DNA of 64,000 nucleotides from assembly GCF_008831285.2 (NCBI RefSeq), contig NC_045138.2, positions 28,148,001-28,212,000 on the forward strand, given 5' to 3'. The DNA comes from Nymphaea colorata. Its lineage: Eukaryota. The position numbers and the translations under genes were made by a program. Below, one piece after another: positions 38,843 to 51,050 of the stretch; the stretch's first letter is position 1; every line of letters begins with the position of its first letter. The notes under the pieces were generated by a model. That model did no database searches, had not been told where the DNA came from, and saw only the letters and a list, made by a program, of their open reading frames with translations.

Positions 38843-41800
38843 CTACTGGAAAGGTTGAATTCCTAATTTCTTACAATTGGCAGCTACTTTGTCAGCAACT
38901 CCCACAATCTCCTTCATTCTCACCTCAACCAACTGCTTCAGCTGCTCTTCCTCACCAGCCTTACTCTTTGCAATGTCAGCACTCAATGTGCTTGCTTCCC
39001 CCATGCTGTTTGATCGAAACATGACAAATGTCTTTTCAGGACCATACTTGTTGGGGATGTCGACTACACATTTGCCTCTGATGTCTGAATCCTTCTCGAA
39101 AACTTCTGAACTTAAACGGTTGGAGAGACATGTCTTGAAGTTCTCTGTGGAGCAGGAATCATTCGGATCAAGACTCAGGTAAACCAGGACATCCCAGCAC
39201 CGACGGAACTGCTTCTTGGTGATCTTAAGCCCTTTCCTTGCTTCTTCAACAATGCTTGCTGAGGGGGAGAAACGCACCTTCTGGTCTTTCTTCATCAAAC
39301 CTCCTTGTTTCAACTTTGAGGACATGGACGATATGCAAAGTTTGATTGGTTCAAAAGATAGCAGGTGGACCGTGTCAACACAGTCCCGGAGGTGTTGCAG
39401 GTATTCAGATGGTTCTTCTATCGTCACATCATAAATGTCTTCTCCAGAAACAGCTACAGCATTTACACTCTCCAGAAGCTGACGCCCATGACCACTTCCT
39501 TGGTAAGGAGGCAAGACCAATATCTGCACAAAATTTATCTTATTTATGCAGCCACTATGTCAATGTCTAGAGAAAATATCAGAATATTTATGTAAGCAAA
39601 GAAAATTTTCTCTGCATTATTTGCTGTTATCTATTGTTTTCTCAAGCTCCATTCCACTGAAGTCACTGGAACCACAGGAGCATCAAACAGGAAATGGAAT
39701 GGACTACCAAAAAGTACACTCTCAAGCCTTAAACCAGTCAAATTTTGAAATGCACATGATAAAAGATTCTGCATAACGACTTCTATGATGACTATAATTT
39801 CAATTACAAACACAAGGACCCCACCTGGCCAATCCGCAATCGAGAAGCATCTGGGTAGTGATAGAAGTGGTAGATTGTAGCAAAACCAAGCAGCAGACAA
39901 TGAATATCTCCTGATTGGTCCACTGCCTTTCTGACTGCAAGATAAATTTCCCATCTGGGATCAGTCGTATCTACTGGGCTGCTTCCTGCAGAATAAACCA
40001 TGGTTAAAAAGGCTATGCGCCCCAGCCAAGAAATAGGCCAGCAACAAAACTCCAACTTCCAAAGATACATTACCCTCAACCAAGAGGAGAAGAACAGGTA
40101 TTAGACGGCTATATAGTTTCCCAACTGATGGCTCATTCAGTTTTAGGCGAACCACTTCATCCTGCCATTTTGTCAAGAGGGAGAAGTATCAAGCAAAACT
40201 GAAACTCTATTTGAAACATAAATGATCCATTGTGCTAATGGACCAGCTTTTGAGCAAGATGCTACTGGTTCTTATAGAATACCTCCCTAAAGTTTCCAAT
40301 CATGCTCAAAAAGATTTGGTAACAGCAAAACTAACAGCACATATAGGAAGGAAACTCAAAAGGTATCTTTCCAGCAGAAGCTGCTGTGCTTTGGATGCCC
40401 AAAACTGGGGATAGTATGTACCTCAGAAGAATACTTCTTTAGAACCTCTGCAGTTGAAACTATATCTCTGAAATTAATACAGCAGGTGCAAAAATTATAT
40501 TTCCATATATTTCAGAAAAGAACTCAACAAGGTACAGATTAAATACCTGATATAGTGACGTTCTCTGGAGAACGTTTGAGCAAAATCATCCTTTTCTGAA
40601 ATAAGTGATTCACCAAATATATTCTACAACAGGACCAAGTAAAAGTGAGAAGAGGAAATCCAAATCAAGGGTCTTTTATTACAATACAACCATAGATTAC
40701 CTTCAGAACTTGGTCAACATTTGTGATCCCTTTGCTGCCCTTTAAAAGTCATGTACACACATTAGAAAACAGGAAATGATGGTAAAACAACACATTTTTT
40801 GTCATATAAAAATAGGTCGGCGGATAAACTAGCCCTCCCAAAAGTGCAAAGAAAATGAAAAGCTAAGATGTAGGCTTGCAGCCTTAGCATTAATGAAAAC
40901 ATTAAAAACACCAACAATGGGCAAGCATAATAATCAAGTAAAATATATTATCACAACTATAGGATTTAACCCATATACATATGATGATAAATGTAAATTT
41001 TTATTTAACCCAGTATTTTTTTTTTATAGGTTACTCACATTTTACATAAAATGTGTAAAGGAAGTAGTACTTAAAATGTTCATACTCACATCTAATTTAC
41101 TCTCGAATGTCACAACAGCATATGCATGGTAAGATATGATGCTCAACCATATGTGAATCTGCAAGTACATTCAGGAAATATAAGTTACATCAATAACAGA
41201 GTTCTTTATGTCTACAAAGTAACACTGTAAACATCAGTTATAAAGGCCAAACTATCTACATCAAGCTAGAAAGTTAAGTGGCAGATAAATAAAGGAATAT
41301 CGTACTTTAGACATAGATGCACATCTGATGGGAAATGACATCTACAAATATTAAAGCAATAACATTTTTTAAATAACCAAAAATACTAACTACTATCTAG
41401 CGAAAAATAGCACATAAGTCATAACTAATATAAACAGATTCTAGGTAGTAGGTACCATGGAGATATGATTGATCTCTACTAATGGCTGTGTTGTACCTTA
41501 TCTTGTCATGATTTTGCTTTAGAAGCAGTAGCATACATTTCTCTTGCAGTGACTTTGTTTTAGAATAAGGAAAACATGCATATGATATGCTTTAACAAAA
41601 AGATAACTAAAAAAAAGTGCACTGTATGCAAGAAAGCATAGTTAGCTGAATGTTATAAGTTTATATTAGCTAGGAAATATGAGATATATCAAGACTTTGC
41701 CTCTGTAGAATAGAATAAGCTTCATAACTGCTTAGAGATGTACATGCTGAAATCATGTGAAAGATGAATACTGGGTGTTGCATCTGCATAAATCGTTTGA

Positions 41801-44800
41801 CATCTACATCACTAAGCAGTTAAGGTTGATGTTACTACAATAATATCAGACTGGCAATTTAACTGTCAAAACGAAGCAGCAGTACCATACACAAGATTAA
41901 TAGCTAGTAAAGAAAAGTTAATCTATGATATTATAAACATAATAAGAAGAAACAGCACAGTCAAAATATACATATTATATGATATCATGAGAACTATATC
42001 AAATTGGAGAAGAAGCCATTAACCACACAGTATTTATAGAACTGTATCACATTTCTAACATTCCCTGATAAGAAGTGATAATATATCACATGCAGCTTTG
42101 GTAAGAAGAAGATTACCAATATAGTACAATATAAGCTCAGGTTATTTATGAGCTTGAATAGAAAAGCACCCATTGCCTCACAAATAGCAAAAACAGATCA
42201 CCTCTATCTACAATAATGTAAGCATTTGATATTTGTAATCTTGAACAGACAAGCACCGGCAACTCACAAACAGAAGGTAAATCACCTTTAGATCTTTGTA
42301 ACCATATATTTTTCCATCTTCCCCAAAAAACTGGTTCATGTCAACTTGAACACCAGAACCTTCACTTCTATCCATCTCCTCATGGCTACTTACTGTATTC
42401 ACCAAGAGAAAAGTGAAGGCTTTGAATTTCAGTATAAGCAAAATATCCACAAGCAAGGGGTCAGAACAAGTAAAAATAAAAAGAGATCAGTTAATCCACT
42501 AGAACGTAGTCGTGACTGAAAACAATATCCTTTCCATATCCAAACAGAAACATAAAAAAAAATAACTACAGGAAAGGCAAATTTTAGAATGCCTAGAAGC
42601 TGTAAAATGAAAATCAGATAGATGAGCAGCGTATGAGCTCCTGAACAATCTAAAACGAAGAAGATATACTCTACAGTCTATGCACATGGTGGAGAATAGC
42701 TGTGGCACCTCTAAAATTGAATGCTAAAAGAATCGCTAACTAGATACCATGACATGCTGTTTTCATGTGAAATTTACAATGTGAAATTTATAGTAAAGCA
42801 AACACCAGAAAATGGGCCTTCTAAATCCAAAATTTGATGGGAATGGCAATAACATTACAGGGAATTTCATTTTCAGTAATAATGCTTTCAATTTCCATAA
42901 CAATGAAAGGCCAAAAATATCAACATAGCTACCGGAATTGGTAGCCAAGATAATAGATTCAGATCATAGTCACAAATAACATTTCGGAGGTTTAAAAAAT
43001 GTGTTTCTTTTAAATTTTAAAGGCAATTTAATTGATCGCATTTTTTGTGACATCGATTCAGATGGAATCCCTTAACCAAAACCAACGATAAGCTAAGGAA
43101 GACTTAACAAGAAATTTTGAACTATGTCACATGGCTACAGGTATGGAGATGCGGGTATGGGTGCGACGATTTTAGAAAATTTGGGTACGGGGGTACGGCA
43201 TAATACATGTGTAAATATATATATTATATATAATAATTCACAAAAATTCTCAAAATTAAAAAAATTGAGAGGAAAATATAGAATCTTAGTGGAAGGGAAA
43301 TACAAAAGAAGTATAACAACCCGACCCACTCCTGGGCTCGGACCCCTGGTTCGACGGATCCCAACCCGCCCCCTAGCAGTTTTGGCTCCAACTTCAAAAA
43401 GGTTAGGAACCAAGACAATTATATCATTAATGACCCCCCTTTATAAACCCTTGAAGATCCCTCATAATCTTCAATACGTGACTAAATTTTTGGGGTGTTA
43501 CAATGCACCCCCCTTAAGGCACAGGAGTCCGCGTGTGTGGAACCCTAGATCCGAGTGTTGAAACTGCTCTGATACCACTATAACAACCCGACCCACTCCT
43601 GGGCTCGCGCTCCTGGTTCGACGAATCTCAACCCGCCCCCTAGCAGTTTCAGCTCCAACCTCAGAAAGGCTAGAAACCAGAACAATCATATCATTCATGA
43701 CCCCCTTTTATAAGCCCTTGAAGATCCCTTACAATCTTCAATACAGGACTAAATTTCTGGGGTGTTACAAAAAGGGAAATCAAAATTAAAGAAAAAATTA
43801 AGTTTGAAAATATAATTTTGAATGTTGTAAAATGCAGTCGTACCCAACTGACCCACATACTTGTGTCGCCGTACCCACTTACTGACACGGGTACCTATGC
43901 AAATCTTACATACCTGTTTTGCATAGATTCTGGAGCTTCTTCAACAGTTAAAAACTTGGCTCCACCCTTTGTCCATGCATCAGACATCTCCTCAGTGCAT
44001 GCCCCTCCACATAAGAACTACTACACAGGTGTTGGGTGCATGTGAGTGCAGCATTTTTTGAAAAGACATGATATAATATATAAATACCACACTCGATGAC
44101 ACAACTTAGGTGCACAGACTGTTTTCAAGAGTCCATATGGCTTAGTTAAAACTGCAAGCTTACCAAGATTCACCATGAATCGCATGCTATGTTGTTGATG
44201 TGTCACCTAGGTGCACGCCAAGATGATGCCTAGGCGTTACTCGACCTGCATCGCGCACATCCAAGCACTTAGGCGATGCAAGGTGGTGGTGTGCCCAGGC
44301 CCAGGCCTAGTCACACATGGACATGCCTCCACGTAGCCCATGGAAGTAAAAAATGACACCCAGCAGGGTTCTTAAAGACTCTTTAACAAAGAGCGCTGTA
44401 GGCATGATGCACAGTTTCACCTAGAATCTTCTTCTACAGATCACTAGGCTTTTCTTGTTATGATTTATGAATTGAAGTTATTTGTAATTAGGTTTATTAT
44501 GCCAATGACTCAATAATGAACATTTCAGGCTAGGAACCTATTGTATTGATTTTCAATTTCTTGAATATTCAATGCCATAAACTTTAAATTTTGTCTTCAA
44601 TATACAAGTATAATACACATTATACAATATTGACAGTTATGGATTGTTGTTATATGACTATATTACTATTAGTCATATTATATAATGGACTGTTGTTAAA
44701 TGACTATATCACTATTAGTCATATTATATAATTTCACAGTTAATAAATTAATATATATAATAGTTGTTTTCCACACATTTTAACATATATATTAAGTTAT

Positions 44801-47531
44801 ATATGACAATCTGATATATTATATAATATAAGTTATATAATATTGACTGTATGCTAATTAGTTAAACAGTTTCCTAAGTGCACCTAGGCATGCCTAGGTG
44901 CAGCCTGTCGCCAGGCCGTGCCTACTGACTTTGATAACATAGATCGCATGATCAGTTTCCAGTTTCTTGGGGGTGGGTGGGTGTGTGTGTGGGTGAAACT
45001 GAGATAGAACCACAAATTTTGACAGTGATAAAACATACATTGAGAAAGAAGTACGCTATGCAAGTGCCTAGCAACCGACTATGGACACTAAGAAAACTAA
45101 ATCATCATAAAGTGGAGTTAAAATCACATATTTTCACAATACAGTAATGTGGAGTTTTCATCATGAAAAACCTTAATGTAAATCTTTAAAACACTATATT
45201 AGCTTCTCTTTCATTTTATGGCTTTCATCTTCCCACATGCATGTTTAAATGTTAGGCTGTAATCTTTTTAGTAAATTGTGTTCTTGTCTATTGTTTATTT
45301 ATAGCTAAACCATTGTCACATACATAATGTATGGGTATTATACGGCAAGAAATTTCTCGAGTATAATACGGCAAAGTTGTATATCTCGGGAATATCTCGG
45401 CAAATTTTTAAAAATTTAAAACATTTAATAAATCTTGAAAATTATAAAAATAAAAAATCATAAAAAATACAAAAAACGCAAAAAAAACGAGGTATAATAC
45501 GTGCTTTTTCACGTTTTTTATTTTCTGACGTTTTTTTTTTTAAATACGCATTTTTCACGTTTTATACGGATGACTTATTTTTCGCGTATTATATGCTTTT
45601 TTTTTCAAATAAGACGTGTAACTTTTTTGTGACAATGAGCTAGGCCATGCAATGGACCTAACGTTTAACAATTAAAGAAAAAGTGATTCTACATTATAAT
45701 ACACTTTTTGATAGTTTAAGAAATATAAACCAAGATCTACCAATGTACTTATTTTTTCCAAAGTTTTTATTTTTTAGATTTTTGATTTGCAAATAGAAGT
45801 TTCTTTTGGGTTTTTAAGCAATGCCAATTGCCAAGGCTCCACTGGGTACTGGAAGCAAAAATATGCCTGGATGTGCTACAAGCTTTTGATCATACAGCAA
45901 GGATAGTATCTCCCACACTGGTTGCATCCAATAGGACTGAGCCACCACAAGACATCATTCTGACAAATCATTCCACCTTCACTGTTTGGTCTCATATACA
46001 GCATGCATATACTTTTGAAACTAATCATGTACTCTATTCTAAGTATATGAAAAACATTTCCAGTTGCTCTTCAAGCACTCTTCTTTCAAGTAATAAACCT
46101 AGAATCATTTATTGGTGGATAGAGGAATTTTTGTTCTAATCATGTTTTCCAAACTATTGAAACCAAAAATAGTTTAGAACTTTAGATGGTGATCAAATCA
46201 AAGGCAAATGCATTTAAAAGCATACAAGTTGTGAATATCATCGAGCAACCACCAAAATATAGAGTTTATTGATTACAAAAAGGTCATAAAACTTACCAAG
46301 AAAAAATTTTATGCAGTCATTTGCTTCAACTCCCACATCTGCTCATAGCAATTACTTAATAGAGTCAAAATGATGATCGACATTTTTGAGAAAGAGATTC
46401 ATATAATAACAAGAAAATTTCAAATAGAAAGATAATAAAATACAGAAGCAAAAGGACACTCCAGATTTACAAGGAACAGACGCACAATGAACCGCAATGA
46501 ACAAGCAATAGACAAGGATACAGAAGTTAAACTATCTGACGCCACAAAGTGAGATGCATGGAGCAACTTTTCTTCCTTGGATGCATAAAAAGGGAAAAAC
46601 TAGACCTAAGCAGTTCCAGGGCAACAGTGAAACTCCTTGGCCATACCCCCGCAGCGCTAGGAGACACATCAACAACTTTGACTTGCAAGAAGGTGATGTA
46701 AAAACCTATTTTTGGCTATATCCCATCATCCTTTTTCCCTTCGCATACTGTTTTTGGCCCGCCTAGGCCTTTTTGGAGGGCCACCACCCATGCGCACTTA
46801 GAGCTTTCGACTACTAAGGTGAAACTCTGCAATTGAGTGAATCGCATCGAATTTCCGGCTCGCGATTGAGCCTTTGTAACTAATATTCACCGATGAAATA
46901 ATAAAGGCTTCGGAAGTTCAAAAGCATGGTTATCAACATAGATACAGTATAAAACGCATCAATGGCAAATATTTATGCATTGTCGACGCCAGAAGCAGAA
47001 TAATACGAAACAGAGTCTGCAAAGTTAGAACCTTCATTAGCTACATAGTTCACAATCTCCTAAATTTCATATCCTTGACCCCAACGCCCACGTTAATATC
47101 CCGGTATGTGGCCCTTGCTGCAGCCGGCAAGAAAACGAGGCACAATAACAAAACAAAACCCAGGTTGTAAACTTGGGTAGCTACCTAAAACCATCCAGTC
47201 CTTATGTGCATCAGCCACAGTATCCTCATCAAAATGGGAGACGAAAACCAAACTAGACCCAAAAGCTACCACGAAAGCCCACGCTTAGTACTCTCCTCAC
47301 CATTCTAAAACAAAATTTAGAGCAGAATACAAGCAAAATCGATGAGATTGTAGGATCCCAAGTTACACGGTGCGACAGTAAACACAAAAGCAGCAGTAAA
47401 ATGGCCGAGTTTCTTTTCATCGAATTTACACATGGAAAGATGAGGAAGATAGAAAACATACCGATCGTCGAAAAATTAACCTTCCGGCGCTTCTTCTCCG
47501 ACCTCGCATCGTCGTCCTTCTTTAGCACCAT
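38843..47531 (-). CDS. HAG2: Histone acetyltransferase type B catalytic subunit (HAT1/HAG2), ~459 aa, 10 exons
   Basis: Exons 47531-47462, 46338-46297, 42392-42286, 41158-41090, 40739-40701, 40623-40547, 40467-40422, 40161-40074, 39985-39825, 39523-38843. N-terminal KKRRK NLS-like motif, FFGEDGKIYGYKDLKI, FYHYPDASRLRIGQILVLPPYQGSGHG (acetyl-CoA motif A), VTIEEPS. Confidence 0.95.
43122..43900. mobile_element. hAT-type MITE (same family as 28804-29158, opposite orientation) interrupted by a TRIM; in HAG2 intron 2
   Basis: Starts CTATGTCACATGG. The segments GAGGAAAATATAGAATCTT...GGAAGGGAAA and AAAAAATTAAGTTTGAAAATATAATTTT...AAAATGCAG match the reverse complement of about 28890-28990. The right end is degraded. 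Confidence 0.8.
43312..43769 (-). mobile_element. TRIM (terminal-repeat retrotransposon in miniature), complete, 458 bp
   Basis: Two 191-bp direct LTRs (43312-43502, 43579-43769). On the minus strand: TGTAAC... start, PBS TGGTATCAGAGC (initiator tRNA-Met complement, 43577-43566) right after the 5' LTR, and a purine tract AAGGGGGG before the 3' LTR. 5-bp TSD AGAAG/AAAAG. Confidence 0.92.
44187..44942. mobile_element. hAT-type non-autonomous element (CCTAGG-repeat family) in HAG2 intron 2
   Basis: Perfect 8-bp TSD ATCGCATG (44179-44186, 44943-44950); TIR CTATGTTGTTGA / TTGATAACATAG; CCTAGG(C/T) subterminal repeats; AT-rich core. Confidence 0.85.
45311..45637. mobile_element. hAT-type MITE in HAG2 intron 2
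   Basis: TIR CATTGTCACA...TGTGACAATG; TSD AGCTAAAC/AGCTAGGC (6/8); TATACG/AATACG repeats. Confidence 0.82.
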
Positions 47532-47580
47532 CTCTCTCTCACACGCCTCTCTCCTCAGGGCGAGGGTTTCTATTCAGAGA

Positions 47581-47589
47581 GGCGGGAAA
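47581..47589 (-). promoter_or_regulatory. E2F-binding consensus site upstream of HAG2
   Basis: Plus-strand GGCGGGAAA = minus-strand TTTCCCGCC, matching TTTSSCGS, 50 nt upstream of the HAG2 ATG. Confidence 0.6.
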
Positions 47590-48241
47590 TTGCGTGAGAG
47601 CAGGAGACACATTTTGCAAATGACATCCAGGACCGCTTTCACGACAATATCCTCCCATAATTTTGCAAATGACATCCAGGACCTAGCCACCCATCAGTCA
47701 AAAGTCCTTCTTGGGCCTTGCCGCTGTAATTTAAACGGGACGGATCCGGTTCTCATCTCGGTTTTCAATATTGTTATATCTGCTCGACTAGTTTCATGGT
47801 TCCATTTAAATTCCCATGTTTATATATCTTCTTACCGAAAGAGCTGTTTGCCATGAAAATAACGTTACTATCAATATAATTTTTAAGGCAGATTTATAAA
47901 ACAGTAAAAAAAAACTCTTGTTATTGCCAAACAACCTCATATTATTACATTTATATTAATATTTGTATCTTTTCTTAGCAGTGGTGAAGCCATAAATTGT
48001 TGGCTATAAGGCATTAATACGTAGTTGCGCAGTTTTAGATCTTTTAAAAAGTTACAGATTTGAGGAGCACTAATATATAACAAACTAAATTATATGAAGA
48101 CACTGATGGTATAACAAGGATAAGCTTAGATTTATGGTTTTGCGTTTTAGGGTTTAAGGCGGCGGGTTTTCCCCTCACGACAGACCAAGGAACTGAGTAG
48201 ATGTTTTATTTGATGATTGCACATCTATTTTCATGTGCATA

Positions 48242-48299
48242 ACAGATGATGAATCTAAATTATTGTGACACAGATGATGAATCTAAACTATTGTGACAC
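48242..48299 (+). repeat. 28-bp tandem duplication
   Basis: ACAGATGATGAATCTAAA(T/C)TATTGTGAC x2. Confidence 0.88.
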
Positions 48300-48639
48300 A
48301 CAGAAACCCTAACTTCCCAGTTTGAGTAACTAAAAAGGTAAGCTATACAGGTCGAAGTTACTTGTTCATAATAGAATACGAAGTATGAAGCTTATTAGCA
48401 AAAACAATCGCTTCAATATGTTTATAGCAATTATAAGACATAATATATATAAAACATACAAGTTATTAGCTAGTAGGACTATGGGATCAAATGTTGAACA
48501 TTTCATTTTGGAACTTGGCGCTATTGAGCTTGGATCATGGCTCTCGCGCTAAGCTTATACAAGTTTAATTAAAAAGAAAAAAAATGTTAGGCAGGAAAGG
48601 CCACCCATTATTTTGTGAAAATGTAGACGGAAGCTCTTA

Positions 48640-48850
48640 AGCTATGTTTGATAGCCTCTGGTCCCGTAGATTGTAAAACAATGCATCTGTAGTCAGACCC
48701 CTTCCTCTTCTAACTACAAATCCGTAATTTTTCACAAGGTAACACAGATTTGAGATCCTCAATTGAGAAATCCTTCAGCTGTTATTCAACCTAACATAGA
48801 TTGAAAATCAGTTATCTTGTATCTCAAATCCAAGGCTATCAAACATAGCC
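48640..48850. mobile_element. Tourist/PIF-like MITE
   Basis: 16-bp perfect inverted ends GCTATGTTTGATAGCC / GGCTATCAAACATAGC; flanks TTA / TCA. Confidence 0.75.
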
Positions 48851-49699
48851 TCAATCCTTTTCAACTTAAGCCTTAGAGATCGTTTGATTGGAAGAACTAT
48901 AGACTCAGGCCCATGAACAAATGCTCCCGAAACGCATTTAGTGTGAGTTGGAGATGAACCCACCAACTTTATGAGTGTTGTCTTTAGGTCTGCATCAATG
49001 TCTGGTGATATAAAAATGGTGTACCTTCAATTGCAGTTTTCATGAGCACCAGCCGATCAGCTAAGCTGCAGACTCAGGCATAGTCAAGTCACTTGTGCTC
49101 TTACCAACGAGTGCGGAGCTAACGAACTTTTTCATTCAAAAATTTGAAACACAATTCGCTACTTCTATATCTTTTTATTACATCCTTTCACTTATGTTCT
49201 TCTACGTTTTTATGTCATATTTGGGTTATCTTCGTTACGTTTTTCTGATCACACACACCATGTTCATCTCTGAATTTTCTTCCCATTTTACTGTGGGATG
49301 ACTTTAGATTACTGCAGCCATCTGCTCGCGTATTCCCATAAATGAGTGAGGGCAAAAGCAACCACAAAAAGGCATTTTCAGTGTGGGGCACTCGGCAACA
49401 GCTATCACAGTCATGATCCATCCTCAGTTTAATTAATGTGAGTCTCTTGTGGACCATAAAAAGTGGCTGCTCGATATTCGAGTTGAAGGGTGTATCATAA
49501 ACCATTGAGGTCTCGAAGCACCTCTATACCAGCTCTATACCCTGGGGCACGAAGAAGTTGAATGATCTCACCTCTAGCATATTGGTAGCCTTTTCACCTA
49601 CATTGCTAAATTGATTGAGAGACTCCTCATTCTTTTCCCTTCCTCATGAATACCTCATTCCTCTTGATGGTTCTGCTCCTGCACAACCACATTTTGTTG

Positions 49700-51050
49700 T
49701 GCTGGAAATGGAGGACGAGAAGGGTGTCACATCTTCCCAAACCACAAAGAATCCATAATATAAAGCTTGGACAAAGCGTGATCAATGTGTGGTTGCCTAT
49801 ATCACATCCACACTTTCTCAAGAGGTGATGGCTATTTTCTCAGATGAATGCATAGTAACATATCATTGGAAGCACTTGACTTAGACATTGTCGGATTTCA
49901 TGTTATTGAATCAGAAGAGAGTCCATAGGCGGTATGGAAGGAATTATTAGTCAGTTAGCTGTTATTGGTAGTGTGGTTTCAATCAAAGACAATTTGCAAT
50001 ACCTGATCAATGGTTTAGGGCCGGATTTTGACATGCTTATTACTGCCTTGCGGTGTCTTCCTCAGCCGCCCAATTTTGAAGATCTTCATGCAAAACTTCT
50101 TCAACATGAAACTACTATGAAGCAGAGAGTTGAGGAAAATGATTTCACCGCAAATTCTCATTCAGTGCTTTCTTCAAAGGCTCCTAGGTTATGGATGGGA
50201 GAATATTATTTTTGTTTCTAAACTTGTAGACGATGTGAGTACTTCTGTTGAATTTACCCTCTCTTTTGTTTATGTTGAGGATTCTCAAATGAAGGAGAAA
50301 TTCACAGAAAGGGAAAGTCGAGGAAACATGTACGTCTTCAAGGAGTTGCCTTTTTGTCCCAGTTTTTTAGTTGGGGCCATCCATGCAGTCTGAATCGTTG
50401 TCTTTGTTCTCTGAGTCATCCTGTACTAGTTCTTGTTCATTTGGGGCTTCTGAGTTTTCTTATTGTAATAAGCCATATGGTTAGCATGGCAGTTTGGGTC
50501 ATTGTAGTTCATGTTTTGTTGAGAAACTTGTGAGTGATCTCCTTATTCCAAAGTGTTGTTCTAGTTAGTGTGCTTTCGATCTTGTTCTTGTTTATGTATG
50601 GGGCCTTAGTAGGATTCCTAATAGGTTAGCGTTCCAAGTATGATCTAGTCATTGTTGATGATTTCACTAGTGACTTGGGTTGAAGTCATTTGTATCATCA
50701 AATCGTATTCTTGAATAAAGACAGTTTGGTTTTCTTGTCCAATCTGTTATCAAGAGAATGGAATTTTTTTCCAATTTCTGTGTGCTCATACTTCCCAGCA
50801 AAGCAGGGTCGTAGAAAGAAAACATTGACACCTTTCGGATGTTGCTTATGTTTTATTCTAATATGCTAGCAGTCTTCTGGGGAGATGCGCTCCTTACTGC
50901 ATATCTTCTGCAATCAATGACCAAATTCTTATGTAGTGCTTATATCCCAACTGCTCCCTATATGAAGGTCCTCCTAAAGTTTATGGCTGTACTTCTGAAT
51001 TTTCTTATGACTACCACCTTCCATCTCCTTGTAGAAACTACCTCCCACTA
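49700..51050 (+). mobile_element. Degenerate Ty1/copia retrotransposon remnant (gag and integrase fragments)
   Basis: Broken frames read YKAWTKRDQCVVAYITSTLSQEV and YLINGLGPDFDMLITAL...FEDLHAKLLQHE (copia gag), HGSLGH (pre-integrase), VIVDDFT, HTSQQSRVVERKH and FWGDALLTAY (integrase). Many stops and frameshifts; no LTR pair identified. Confidence 0.85.

Noticed and set aside
43312..43769. Cassandra element
   Set aside because: No 5S rRNA-like A/C-box segment is visible in the LTRs.
46627..46827. Possible small element bounded by GTGAAACTC direct repeats
   Set aside because: Terminal inverted repeats are too weak to support a call.
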